Origin: the human T2T-CHM13v2.0 reference genome, Homo sapiens
Direction: 5' to 3' (one strand)
Assembly (NCBI RefSeq): GCF_009914755.1
Contig: NC_060927.1
Length of the DNA stretch: 64,000 nucleotides
Shown here: piece by piece, positions 14,782-29,258 of the stretch
How the letters are laid out: each line of letters begins with the position of its first letter
Position numbering within the stretch: position 1 is the stretch's first letter
Notes under the pieces: generated by a model
Database searches by the model: none
What the model saw: the letters and a program-made list of their open reading frames with translations, nothing else
What the model was told of the DNA's origin: nothing
Made by a program: the position numbers and the translations under genes

Positions 14782-14825
14782 TGTATTAAGGCAAATGTAT
14801 TAAGGCAAATTGTATTAAGGCAAAT
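14782..14825 (+). repeat. Short tandem triplication (tgtattaaggcaaa x3)
   Basis: Three near-perfect 14-15 bp copies. Confidence 0.9.
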
Positions 14826-17800
14826 GTTTGTGAGGTATATTTTACTCTAATAATTCACCCAAATTTCCATGCATTTTCATAACACAAGGGTAGCTTACTA
14901 TCATAATATAGTACTCCCCAATGATAATGTACACAAATCCTCTAAGAGAAGTGTCATGGCTTTTATAATGATTAAACTTACAGTAATAGCAGCAGCTCAC
15001 TTTAAGGATGTCTAGTACATCATTGTCTTAGTTAAATTTCTTCAACTGTCAACTTTTTAAAAAGTATTATCATACTAAGAATTATTTTATCACAGCTTAT
15101 GGGAAAATGCTCCTATTTCCACTCTTTCGTTAGTATTTTACAGGGGTCAGTAGAATTTTACACATTCCTAGGAAACTTTTATATGTTTATTATTATTGAT
15201 AGCATAAGTTACTATTAAAATTACTATTCTTAGTCATGCTTACTAAGTGACAGACAGATTGAAATAATTCTTTAACATCAGTTACAGAGTTGAGATTTAT
15301 TTTGTAGACAAAGTAGTATGTTTCAGATAGGCTATCTTTTGCTTACTGAGTTTTTAAACATAAATATCTGATAACAAGTGTTAGTTATCTTCAGTTACAC
15401 CCAGTGTGAGGTAAGGATATTCTTCTGTTCAAGTTGTGATATTCTAGCAGCAGATTCTAGTTCACAGAAAGTGTCTGTGAAAGTTTTCCATATTATCCCT
15501 CCTAGGAAGATTATGCCCACTCAAAATATCTCAATAGACATTACATATGGTGTTCCAGAAGAATGCAGATTCCCAGCACATCCATTTCCTTCCTGTGTGT
15601 GCAGATAGGCGTATTTTAAGAGATTCACTGAGTACTTTGCATGGATTCATCACTTAACATTGGTTCTTATTTTATCTTTGGATGTGTTATTTTATTGCCA
15701 GATTTCTACACTGAGGCTAGGCTAGGATATTGTGCCAGCCAAATCATCTACTAAAGGCATGACAAACATGATAGGAAATATGAAAACAAACACCACTAGT
15801 CGACGTGCTGCTGGGAGTGGGGATGCATTGTGTTCGTTAGCTCTGTTTTGGGGCTATCTGGAGAATTAAGTTCCTCCATTTGAAATGAATGGTAAGTTTT
15901 TCAACATTGGCTTCCTTAGCAGTGTTTGAGGTAAGCTTGCTGTTACTCTTTCATTTTCTTTCAAAATATTTTGGTCTTTAGTATACTGTTAAATGAAGAA
16001 CTGGTGTGGTGCTTTCATCTCAAAGGACACACCATGACATATCCAGCTGATAAAACTGATGGGGAACTTTTCTAAGAACAGAGGTTTGGCTCAAGATTAA
16101 TATATAACAACTCTAACTAAAATACGTAGTGGAGTGAAGTATCCTTTTTCTTCTACATCTTATTGGAGTTATACGTTAAATTGACTGAAATTTATTGCAC
16201 AGTGACGATACAAGTAGAGCTGCATTACCTAATTGATATTTAAGACGCAAGAAATCTTTATTTTAAAAAATCGGTCATGAAAATAGCAGCAATGTTATAT
16301 TTTAATTAGTAGAATATAAACACCCAAGAATCGAAACTATCTTGCTCAGAAGTGAAAAAGTAAAATTATAGGTGAATTTAAAATTGAGGATTAGACCGCT
16401 CCATTTTGTAGGCAGTTAGACTCTTGACAGAAAGGTTAAATTTAGAAATGATCTCTACATATGCAGGTGCATGTTTAAGGCTTCTTCTATCTGAATTTCC
16501 ATTTGATACCTAAGGAAACCAGGCTGATAAAAAAGTGAAAACATCCTTACCTACATATTCATGGATGGATAACAAGTTGTATGTAGATGTGCCTAAGAGA
16601 GCAGTGTAAGTGTGTGTGTGTGGAATGAAAGAATGTGTGATAAATGAAAAAATAATAAAATTATTTTAAACATAAGGGAGGTTTTGCATGAACAGACAAT
16701 GGTAATGCTCTAGGAATAACTGAATTCTCTGTGTCTACCAAAAAACACTGAACTGACAAAAATTGATTTGCTCTTAGAAAATTCTATTTTTGGAATTCTG
16801 TTCTCAGTATTACATTTTTAATTTATAAATTTCAAATAAAACAATATAATAATTTAGAATAATATTTCCTGAGCAAGATGATAGTGTACACAGATAACCA
16901 TAGTTTTACCTTCCTAATGCATAGAGTTAGAGCCTAAACACAGAAATATTATTAATAATAAGTACTGAGCCCAGTGAGGATTAAGAAATAATAATCAAAA
17001 CAGTAAATTTAGAGTGACAAGGTAGCTAGGTGGTCTAGTAAAAAGAAATGGGCTTTGGTGTCAGAAAGACTTGGATACAGAAGCCCATTTCAAAGCATAT
17101 CTAGCCTTTTGACTATTTTTACTCCTTTTGTTCCTTTCTGTCCGTCTCATCTTTCAATCTCCAGAGATTCCTTTTAGTGTAGATTAGTTCAAGCTCAAAG
17201 TATCTGAAGGCTGTATACTAAAGACTGTGAATACTGACCTTCAAGAACAGACGGAGGACCACCTGAATTACATCAGGAATAAACAAGTTTATATACATAA
17301 ATGTTTTTGCATTCTCAATATTTTAGTACCAACTCTAAGATATACAATTTTATCAGTAGCTGAACAGTTTGGAAGTACTAAAAATACTATTAATATCCTT
17401 ATCCAACTATTTCTTAGACATCAATCTATCAATGGAAAAAAAAATGGATCTCATGAGTCTTTGATTTTTTTTTTTTGAGGTCCCACTACGTTTATCATGT
17501 ATTTTATCAAATCTTTATCACACAGTTTATCAAGTATTTATCAACATTTTTACTCTATATATAATTTTAGACATTATCTATTCTTATTGGCATGATAATC
17601 TAACCATTTATTTTGCATGTTACACATAGGGAAACAATAAAATGATTTTAGTATACTTTCAAACAAATGGAGTGTTCCATGCTTAAACTGGATTTAGCAT
17701 GGGCATTTACAATTTTCTGTATAATCACATCTTCATTTCATTTGAAAATTTATCTCTTGTTTGTATTTAGAACTCAACTACTGTAGAACAATAGAAAAAT

Positions 17801-19946
17801 AAAAAAAAGAATTAAATATTTTACATAAAAATTTCCATGTTGTTTTTCATTGCCAGTGGCATAATTGTTATTTACTTGGGCTGTATTTTAATGTGGTAGT
17901 TTCTCATAATGAAAAAGGCTTCAATATTCTCTCAAAGAAAGCATAATACAGTGAATATGCATATACTCTAATCGTGTGTGAGTATTGGAGAGGTGCTTCC
18001 TTAAATGCCCCCTCAGATATGAAAGTATAGTCTGGTCATTAAAGGACTGGGGTCCATAGCAGTTTACACCAGCATTAGTTCTTCCAGAATTTTTTTCTAT
18101 ACCTCTTTCTCTGTGTCCTCATTGAAAGCTACTATAAATGTTCAATATCCTTCATAATGCAATAGGATTTTTACATTTTTCTAATTACTCTATCATCATT
18201 ACTTTTGGTTTGAAGCATTCCATGAGAGTCCTTTTTTTTCCTATCAGGATAATTGTTTAAAACTTTTTTACCAGAAAAAATATCATAAAATTAGAGACTA
18301 CTGTGGATTTAGCAAGAGAAGTTGCAAAATTATAATAAACAGTGCTCTGAATCATACTATTAAATAAGACTACTTACCAATAAAATTTACAAGATAATTT
18401 AATATGTAGTTGAAATCTCTCTATTGCTGAATGAATTTTTATATTATGCTTAGGTATTAAGTAATCAAATCATTAGGTTTACTATTTTATAATAATCATA
18501 TATTTTATACTCATATTTTCTTCCTTATTAAATGAATAATATCTCGTTCTAAAATTACTAAATATTGCATTTTCATCATCTTATTCTTTTCCATTTGTAG
18601 ATATTTGATTATGTGTCTATATCTAAAGTAGGTTCAAACCTCTGGTTTACCAATATTTTGTAAAGTCAATGCTATTTACAAAATAATATTTATTCTTTTT
18701 GAAATCTCATTGAAAAGTTTATTACAAGCATACTGTGTTACAACTGTGATTGAACTTATCATTTCGATTCCTTTACTTCAAAATCTTTTCTAGTCCAGAA
18801 AAGAAGGAAAAAATGTTGAAACACAATAAAAATAAACGTATGAGTTAAAAGCATATTTTCTGCAGAAATTTCAAGGATAACAAAGGACAATTATAAAGGT
18901 TTAATTTTATATTTAGTAGATAATCATTTATCTGACTCTAATATTATTTATTCTTTATATATAAATGGTCTGCATTGTACTAAAGGAAGATAAATAATGT
19001 AATTAAATTAAGAAAGATAAAAAACAACCAGTTCAGCTATCACCTATAATTTAAGGTAGAGATTTAAAAAAAGTCTTAATTTACATATACTCTAATGTAA
19101 GTCTGAGTAACTAACAGAATATCTGACGCCAAAGTTGATGGAGAAAGCAAGATTAGGATTTGTACATCCCAGAAATACAGTAATTTTTCGTAAGTGTTAG
19201 GTTTCTTTGACTTCCACAATGATTTCATTATAATAAATATAGGTAGTATCCCTCATATTACGATATCTGAATTAATTGTATACTAAGTATATAAGATTAT
19301 TGTTAGTAAATTTAGTAATAAATAATTTGCACATGAAATCTGAGATTGCAGTCTAGTGCTGTAAATAGAATTAGTTTAAGGTTTTACAAATAACACATTT
19401 TCTGGTTTATGTTATTCTCCTCTCATTCTCTATTTCAGGGTTCATTAATATGATTCAAAATTTTTATGACTACCTTCTTTGAAATATTTATTCTCCAGAT
19501 GTTACCATTTTTTTAAGAAGATAAAATGAAAGAAAAATCCAAAGCAATAAAATAAATGCAAATACATAGTTATAGCTTTAGAGATTCAGGTTAAAGGAGA
19601 AGGCAAGTTTATTTTAATCATAATGTTAATAGTTTAGTTTTTGCTCTTATGATGTTAATCCTTACTTTCCTCAGCTCACTAATACTTACTGGAAACCTGA
19701 AACGTGCATGCTGAGCCCTGCCTAGCCAAGGGCCAATCTTCAGGAATTCAGCCAAATCTTAGAAATGCAGCTTGTCCCTAGAGTCCCCATTTTCCAACCC
19801 TTGCTGGCCTGATTTCTTTTCTGCCTACCAACTCCTGGGCCCTTTGCTGAACTTCTCTAAACTTATGTCTGACATACTTTTCAGCTTTTGTCAAAATTTT
19901 GTTCCTTGGGGCTACTTCCTAGTCTCTTTAGTCCCTAACTTGCAGT

Positions 19947-20325
19947 TAGGTTTACCAGATTTAGTGAAAACAAAGCAAAACACCCAGTTAAATGTGAATT
20001 CCAACTAAAATACAAATAATGTTTAGTATAATTATGTCCCATCAGACGTATGGGTCATATTTATACTAATATATGTTAGAATTAGTATTATATTTATACT
20101 AATTTTTAACTTATACTAATATTTAATTATAAATTTTATATCTATAATATTAGTGTTAGTAAATATTTATAATTAAATATTAGTATTAGTATTATATTCA
20201 TACCAATATATGTTAGTATTAGTATCATACTTATATATTTAAAACAATGTATATTACATATATATATTCCTGGTTTAGCTTATTTTTCACATTTAACTGA
20301 ATGTCCTGTATTTTATCTGGCAATA
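19947..20325. mobile_element. MER53 palindromic DNA-transposon relic with internal AT-rich expansion
   Basis: Ends taggtttaccagatttag...cacccagttaaatgtgaattc and atttaactgaatgtcctgtattttatctggcaa match the MER53 termini; centre tatgtcccat...tatgggtcata. Confidence 0.8.
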
Positions 20326-21579
20326 TTACTTACAGTATGTATCTGGAATAATGTCAGGCATATTACATATAGTTTCTCAAATTTCCATAACAGCCAAGGA
20401 GATAGGTATTAACACTTTGATTTTAGAAAAAAAAAAAAAATAAGGGCAAAGGAGATTGAATTCTTGCTCTTTTCCTTCCCTAGTGGTACGCAAAAATTCT
20501 AATAGAGAGGGAGCAAAGTTTAGGGAAGATGGATCTGGGTTCCTCCATCACACCACAAAGTTCAATTTGGAGTTCCGGTTTTCACTGATAGCTGTGGAAT
20601 TTTGAGTAGCTTCAGCTCTGTAAGCCTCAATATCCTTATCAACACCTGTTGAGGATGATGATACTTCTTTAGAGAATTGCTACAACCATGAAAGTGAAGT
20701 CCTGAGCAGGGAGCTAGCAAATGTTAGCAATAGCTAGCAAATGTTAGCAATAATAAATTTAATTGATGTAATTTTTAATATTATAGATTTAAAATTATGA
20801 CTCCAAAGGCTACCTGGTCAGTACTTTCTTTAGAATATCCTGACTATACAATAGGCTAAATTATTATTATTCTTTACATATTACATAAGAAGTATATTCT
20901 TTAAGGACAAGTATTTTTATTACTACATATTCATTATATTTTAACAGATTAATTTTCTATTAGACATTACATAATACTTCTATGAATGTTCAAGGACACA
21001 CAGAGAGCAGCACGTACATGTTTTGTGGTCTAGGGTCAATATTTTGTCACTACTTATACCAGGTTGCTTATGAGAAGTTATTTTCCCCCGCTTTCTTGTC
21101 ATGCAATTAGACTGTGACCTCTCAGTTCTATTGTAAGGTTACTTGCCTTCTGCCTATGCCTTCTTAGAAAATTGTTGTTTCTGATTTGTCTTTCATCAAA
21201 AAAAAATCAATGAGTAATTCTCTTAAAATTTAGGGCACAGTACAAGTCAATAGGTTTCAATATGACCTTTTCTATGGAATACATATCAAAGAAACATTTG
21301 TCATACTTTTTTGATGTTCAGAATATCTAGGATGTTGTCTATTTTTCTCTTTGCTACCTGTCTCTTGATTCCTTTTATTTTAGATCCACATAGTCTTAAT
21401 TACTGATGACCTAAGTTCTAACCAAGTGGTTTGCATTGTATTTATGAGGATAGTTTTCTATAAGGAAAGTAAATAAAATTAAGTAGATAGAGTTGATGAT
21501 TACACAAAACCAGATTAATCATTATAATCACTGTACCATTCCCATCAGTTCACAATCATGTTGCAATATTCCCCATGAA

Positions 21580-22930
21580 AAAGCAAGGCCAATCGAAAAC
21601 ACCTCTACCCTCTCTTGTCCAGCCATCCCCTGAGTTGACTTCCCTGATCCACTTTAGAGTAACTCTTTGAAAGAGTTGCCTCAAATTGCAATTACTGATT
21701 CCTCTCCTCTCATTCTCTTTTGCATCTCTATTAAGGTTTTAGTTCCCACCATCCCATCAAAACACCACATCTTTGCTACCAATATGTCCACATTTCCAAA
21801 CCCACAATCATACACAATTTCACATAATTTTCTTTGTACTCATTCTATATTCTATACGGATACTCCTTTCCTGAAATATTCTCTTTATTTAGTCTTGAGT
21901 GGATACCATGTTCTCCTAGTTGCCCTCCAATTCATTTGGCTACTCCATTCTCTCTCTACAGTTTTTTCTTCCTCCTCCCTCCCTCTAACCTTGAGGTGCT
22001 TAGACATGTGTTTTATCTAAAACCTCCGTAAGTGAAATAAACCTGTCTCATAGCTTTAAACACCATCTTCATACTTTTAGATACCAAATTTATAGCCCCT
22101 TTTTCTCCCTTGAATTTCAGATGTCTTGGCACAATAAAAATTTAAATATGAATTAAACAATTTAATTTAAATATTTCTGGAAAAACAGGTCCCTTAAACT
22201 TGAAATGTCTGAAATAGAACTTTTGATTTCACTCTCCCAACCATATCCTCCAATAGTTGTTAATATCTCAGGAAATGTTACCTCTACTCTTCTGGTGGCT
22301 CAAATAAAAAATTTTGCAGTGTAGTATCCTTGTCCCAATTTATTCTCTTATATTCCACATCCAATATCTCAGCAAATATTGTCAGACCTTCCTTCAAAGT
22401 ATAACCTGATTCTGATCATTTTTTCCCACTTTTACCTAATCTATGATCATTTCTCAACTGGATTGCTGTAATAACCTCCTAGTTCTTCTGTACACTTCAT
22501 TCTTGTGTACCTACCAGTCAGAGATTTCTTTATAATGTTTGAGCCAAAATATGCTACTCAAATTCCTGAATATTTCATAACTAAATGTCTCACTCAGGAA
22601 AGATTTCAGAAACTCATCCAAGCTTCAAATCATATATCTTGGCTCTTTGTACTTCTCTGACCTTACCTCTTATCACTTCCCCTTCACATACCTATTCCAG
22701 CCGCACTATCTTTCTTGCTGTTCCTGCAACATCCCAAATACTTTAGTCTTAGAGGTTGTTCTCTCTTCTGGGAAAATTTTTCCCCAGATATTCACATGAT
22801 TTACTCTGTCCCTCTATTTTAATAGAACTTTGTCAGAAGCTTTACGTGACCGCCTTACAAATGATAACACATTCTATCTGCATCTTGCCCTATGCTTCTG
22901 TGTTTTATAGTTTTTCCAGAACTCTCACCA
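21580..22930 (+). mobile_element. L2 fragment
   Basis: L2-like pyrimidine-rich motifs (ctcatagctttaaacaccatct, ccacatccaatatctcagcaaatattgtcag, ctggattgctgtaataacctcctag). Boundaries approximate. Confidence 0.7.
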
Positions 22931-23150
22931 TGATAACACACAAATATATTTGAAAGCTCACATGCATCAAGCATTATTGAGGTAATAGGGATGCAGCAGT
23001 AAACACAACATAAATAGGCAAAGATAACAAAGCAAATAAAAAACAGTGAGGCATGGAGAACAGAGAGAAAATCTTTACCCTCAAAGGCCTTACAATCTAA
23101 AGAAGGAAAATTGCAGCAGGTATAATTTCTTAAAACTCATCAATCTGACC

Positions 23151-23533
23151 ATAATTATTTTATACTGAAAAGTATTATTTAATAACTTGTGATTTTAAAA
23201 GCAGTGTACCTTGGAAACAATCTCATGACTTTCATTCAAAAATGTCTATCTGAGGGAATGCTGAAGAATCAGAAGCATCTTGTTTTATTAAATTTTATAC
23301 TGCTTTATAATTACAGCTACAGGTAAATTGTTATGATCAAATTTATTTTTCACATTTTATATAAATACATAATTACAAAATATGAAACAAAGCATATAAT
23401 ATAAACTATAAAATAAATAAATAGATTTTGAAATTAGAAATTATAAAATGTCATTTTGGATAAAGTTTACCTAGTACACTGAGAATGGTAACTTCATAAG
23501 GAGGATGAGACATATTTCTGCCAACAATATATT
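23151..23533 (+). repeat. Dispersed direct duplication, copy 2 (partner 6472-6852)
   Basis: Colinear with copy 1 from ataattattttatactgaaa to ctgccaa. Confidence 0.93.
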
Positions 23534-23679
23534 CTTATATTTAACTACTGTTTTTCTGATTTTAGGACTACTAAAGCATTATTTTAGGTACCATAATTTA
23601 AAATATCATTTTTAAATCAAGACATGCAGGTGGAAAAATTAACCCACAAAAATTAAAAATTAAAAAATTAAAGACAAAT

Positions 23680-24140
23680 GTTAGTTGTGTGACCTAAACT
23701 TTCCAATCATCAGTAGCTTTCTTTGTAAAATAGGGATATTAATGCATTTTACACAGAGTGGTTGTAAAGACTACATGCAAAGTCTATCTGGAATATTTAG
23801 ACTCTTGCTTGGATCTTACTGAAACATCTAGTAAATGGAAACTACCAACACGAAGATCATGAAGCAGAGGAAGAGACGTTAGTGAAAAGAACAACAATAC
23901 CATCCTATTACCAATCTAGTTGTTGCTTACAGACTTATCTATAGGTATACCCAGATCTATTTGCATCTACAATAAAATACATATATACGTATTATTCACT
24001 GGGCAAGTTTTCACAATAACCATGTGAGGAAGGTTTTATAAGAGAAATAGAGACATAGAGGGAACAATTAACTTGGCAACTATGTGGCAAACATGGCTTC
24101 AAAATCAAGCTATTTTCCTCTAATGCCATGCTCTTTTGAT
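23680..24140. mobile_element. MIR fragments
   Basis: MIR-core-like tagttgtgtgacc...ctttgtaaaatagggatattaat and agagaaatagagacatagagggaacaattaacttggcaa. Confidence 0.5.
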
Positions 24141-24250
24141 GCATCATGCTATGTTGGAAATTCAATTAAAAGTCAAGGCCTTTCTTTGGAGGTGAAAAAA
24201 TAAACAAAAAAATTAATTCTTAAGTACTGTGTGTTTAGGTTTTTAACTTC

Positions 24251-24610
<360 letters not shown>

Positions 24611-27600
24611 TAAAATAAATAGTATTACATCTCTTAAAAGTGTTTATAATTTAAAAAATTATCATTCCAATTCTTTTCTAGGAAGTACATTCCTTCATAA
24701 ATGCATTTACCAGTAAGTGACACTACTTTTTATATGGTTTATACAATGAGAAGAGTGTTAACCACAAAATAGTTTTTAATCAACATACTTATTTATTTTA
24801 AGGCTCTATCTGTTTTGCTGCTACCACTATTTTCTTTTATGCTGTTAACCTTGTCTTCTGTGTTTGTAGTTTTAAAAATATTTTAGGTGTGTTTCTGTTC
24901 TTATGTTTTTGCTAAATTCAATAAATAGAGAATCATTAGCCTGAGTCATATCTGATTGTGGAACAGAAAAACTCCATACAGAAAAATATATAAATTCACA
25001 TTTTATTTACTATGTTTTGTTACTTTGCAATATTTAAGCTATTATTTCTGACAGGTCTTTTGAAGCATTACATCTGTGTGTACATTCCTGAAATTATTAC
25101 TTTGATTTCTAAAAAAATGATTTATTAATATTAGACTGAATTTAATATGTACAAGTGGACTGAATGTTATACTTTTTCCAACTAAAAAACATGTGCAGAA
25201 ACATAGAAAACAAATCAGGTTATTTCCAAGTAAATCGATCCTATAAATGAGATTTTCCATGTTTTAATGAGCCATTTTATACTGAGTGCATTAGTTTTTT
25301 TCTGCTGCACTGCGAGAGAGTATTCTGAAATACTTGATCAAACATATCTCAGTTTTATAGCTCTCTTTGTAGATTTGCCCCTTTGGGGGACATCGGATTT
25401 CTCTATCTCATTCCACTGTCATTCATTGAAAAATATTGCTGCACTCTGAAATGGTTCTGAAAGTGATCTTATATACACTTTAAATTGTCTCATAACACAA
25501 TTATTTCTTTTCAAATACATTACACTAATGGGTATCCATTTTTTTTAAACCTACATTTATATTCTATCTGTTAAAATTAAGGTAAGTTACAGGAATACTA
25601 CAGTTGGCATTTTTGCCTTATTCTTTTCTGAGTAACTCCTAAATTAATTTCTAAGGAGAAAAAAAGATTTAAAGTGATAGAACATTGATGCTGTTATGAT
25701 AACAATAAAATAAATCCAAGGGGATTTAAGCCCTGATTCTTTTTTAAAGTCATGAAAATGTTCCATTGGGTTAATTATGATAATATACCACAAATAATTG
25801 TAGAATCAGAGGGTAAGAATTTTTCTCTTCACTCTGGAAGCCACGTGAACTATTATCTGTCAGAAAATCTAATTATAAGTCTGATAATAATTGGACTAGA
25901 TGGCCAGATGACAGTCTCACAAACTTAAACTTGCCTCTAAGTCTCATGATGTCTAATTTTAGTCTGTTCTCTGCCCTTACCTCTATAACATTAACCAAGC
26001 AGGTATAAGCATGCTAACATTTAAAATTACAAGTTTACAACCAAATGCATTTTGTAAGCATACTTAATGACTGCTTTTAAGAATTCATGGTGAAGGCAGC
26101 CTGGCGAATGTATAATACAAGGAAATGAAAGTTAATAGCCTTGAGTCACAGTTAATCATTGTTCTGTCACCTGTTAGTTGCAATTCACTTTTCTTCTATG
26201 GAACACAATTTTCTCACTTAAAAAAAGTTAGATAGTCTCATCATTTCAGCACTTTAAAATTCTAATAATAGAATGCATATACCTCACACCTTGTCATTGT
26301 GATAGTACACTGTTCATGTTAAGAGTATCTTTAACTGATATTATTTTGATATATTGAAGAGACCTCTAAGAATTGTATTGTGGTAAAGTTCTATAATATT
26401 TATTAGTTGAAAAATATAACAAAAAGTAAATTCAATTATAATTTGGAAATTAATTTCTTGGTGAAGGGATTTGCACAAATACTATATAATAAGTATAAAT
26501 ATATGCTAAATTCCTATACAGACATTTAGAATGAAGTAGCACGATTTCTCCATCCATAATTTCTTTGACCTTTCCCCAGTTTTTCTGTTGTCATTTAAAA
26601 ACATGGAATGATTCCAATTAAAAAAAAAGAGAGAGAGAGCGCACCAAGAAAATATACCCATTTGGGAAATAAGTGATGTTAAAATACTGTTATTTCAATC
26701 CATTTTTTACTGTGTCATATAAAAATATACAAATTAAATGCTAAATATTAAATTAAAATTACATTAAAAACATTAGAGAACAAATTATTGAGTGTATTTC
26801 AGGTACTTTAATGACGTTATGGCCATCTGTATGGCCACCCTTCCTTCAGTGTGGGTGTGTGTATCTCAAATCAGAAACAAAATTGATTCCTTTAGGAATC
26901 TGTCAAATCTGCAATTTCTGATTATTACAATTAAAATTTAGTAAAAAGATGAATATCTATTTTCAAATTGTCCCAATCATTTTAAAATATCTTGTGTATT
27001 AACAACATTTGGCTTAGCATGTAATTGTCTTACCCACTCCCCATTACAAAAATCAAGAACTGTTCTCATTTACTTTTTTCCAGATCAGTTAACTTCAGTG
27101 GTGAAAAATGTATTAATACATTTTTGTTCAAGTTTAATAAATTGCTCATTCTGTGATAAATTTCCTTAAAGTGTAAGGGAATAAATAATAAATAAAATAT
27201 TATGATATGAGAATAGCAGCATGTGTGCTGTGATGTTACTTCCAAATTACTTTGTTAAGTAGCTTGTGATTTTATGATATCAAAACAGGACAAAATAAAA
27301 GTGACATGTCAGAACATTTATTCCTGGCAAAAAAGCATTAGAAAATATTAACCATTTCAGAGAGGTTCTGAATAAATAAATGATAAATAAATAAGAGGCT
27401 ATGAATGAATGAATGAATGAAAAAGTATAGAAGCAAGTAAATTGCCTCAATATTAAAGTTTACCTTTATTTGAAAGCTTAGTTGATTAATTAAGTAGTTT
27501 TGAGTCAGGAAATTAAACAATTGTACTTTTTTTGGTGTGGAAGCTAAGTTTAATCTTAGATGAGAATAGAGCATGAGGAAGAACTGACTTTTTTAAATAG

Positions 27601-28947
27601 AGAAGTGGAATACAATTTTCTGTCAATGACAAGTTTTAATGGCAATGAGAGAGTTATATTTATATTCCCATTTTACAGATAAGAAAAAAATATCAGGGAA
27701 TTTTAAGTAGCTTACCTAAGTTTACATATACAAAGGATCTGTAAAAAGATTGACACTGGGAACATTACATTGGCTGTCACACATGATCTGGAAGGCTGTG
27801 TAACTGCACTGTGAATGGTTCTCTCTGAGATTTTACACTGAAGAAGCTCTGAATGAATACAGCACCAAGGGAGGATATTGTAAAGAAAAGATCATCTGCA
27901 AGAGTAGAAAGAAGCTGGAGGGGTTTTGAAATAATGATAACTTCCATTTTATACTATCTTACTAATTACATTTGGCATATTTTCCTTCTTTAGTGCTCTG
28001 GTCTTTCTCATAACCCAAGTTTAATTTCACCAATTTTCTGTACCACTGGGATAGTATTGACAACATTTCATTAAGTTCTGGTTGACTTAATTTTTTTCGC
28101 TATCAAGTTATTTCTTGGATGGGTGATTGGTAGACGTATTATGTTGTACTGATATTTTCACATATATTATAATATAAAAGACATAATGCACATATAGACC
28201 TGTGTGTTATTTAGGTAAAATTTTAAGTTCATTTCTACAGGTAGCATTAGAGGAAGAACAAAACGAAGTAAAATATGTATAGGTAGCAATTCCAGTTAGC
28301 AAAGGCCTAAATTATATTATGACTTCTATTCTGTAAGAAATCTTAAAACACTGAAACCAAAGACATCAAATTTGCATGTCCTTTAGTGCTAGCTCAAAAT
28401 AACCTTTAATTTTATTAAGAAATCAAATTTAAAAATCTTGTATCTCTTTGATAATTTATAAAGTAACTGAAAAATGAGTTTTATATAACTGAATGAGATC
28501 TATAAATGTTAAGATGCCCTTAAAATACCAACGGAGAGGAAAGTGTTGGACTTTCACCTTCATCCATGATAAGGTGAGATTAGCCTTCTCATCATAAACA
28601 ATTATAATACTGGACAGAACAAACAAGGCAATGAATTTCAGAAACTGGATAATGGGCAATGCAAACCTATGACAGTTAAGAAAAGGGGAATGCCAATTGA
28701 TAATGGAATAACTGGAAAAATAATCCTTGAAAACTATAACCTATCACTACTGAATCAAGAAGGAATAGATGTCTAGATAGCTCTATGTCTTATGAAGTAT
28801 TATATTTATAATAAGATATTTTCCCATAAGGAAAACTCCAGATCTAAGTGGTTTCATTGACGAAATATGTTAAATATTTAAAGACTTAAATAATCCCAAT
28901 GGTTTGCAAACTAAAAAATCTTGAAGCAGAAGGAAGATTACTACATA

Positions 28948-29258
28948 TTTTTTTTCTCAGAGAGGAGATCTGTTCTGTCACCCAGGCTAGAGTGCAGTGC
29001 CATGATCATAGTCCACTACAGCCATGAATTCCTGGGCTCAAGTGATCCTCCTGCCTCGGCCTCCCATGTAGCTGAGGCTACAGGTGTGTGGCACCATACC
29101 CACCATACCCAACCAACTTTTTTTTTTTTTTTTTAATGTAGAGATGGACTCTCTCACTTTGTTGCTCAGGCTAGTCTATAACTTTGGGCTTCAAGCAGTC
29201 CTCCTGCCTTGGCTTCCCAAAGTGGTGGGATTACAGGCATGAACCACCATGTTCAGCC
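28948..29258 (-). mobile_element. AluJ-type SINE nested in L1M
   Basis: cctgggctcaagtgatcctcctgcctc (J diagnostic), diverged dimer, flanking aagatta repeats. Confidence 0.9.
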
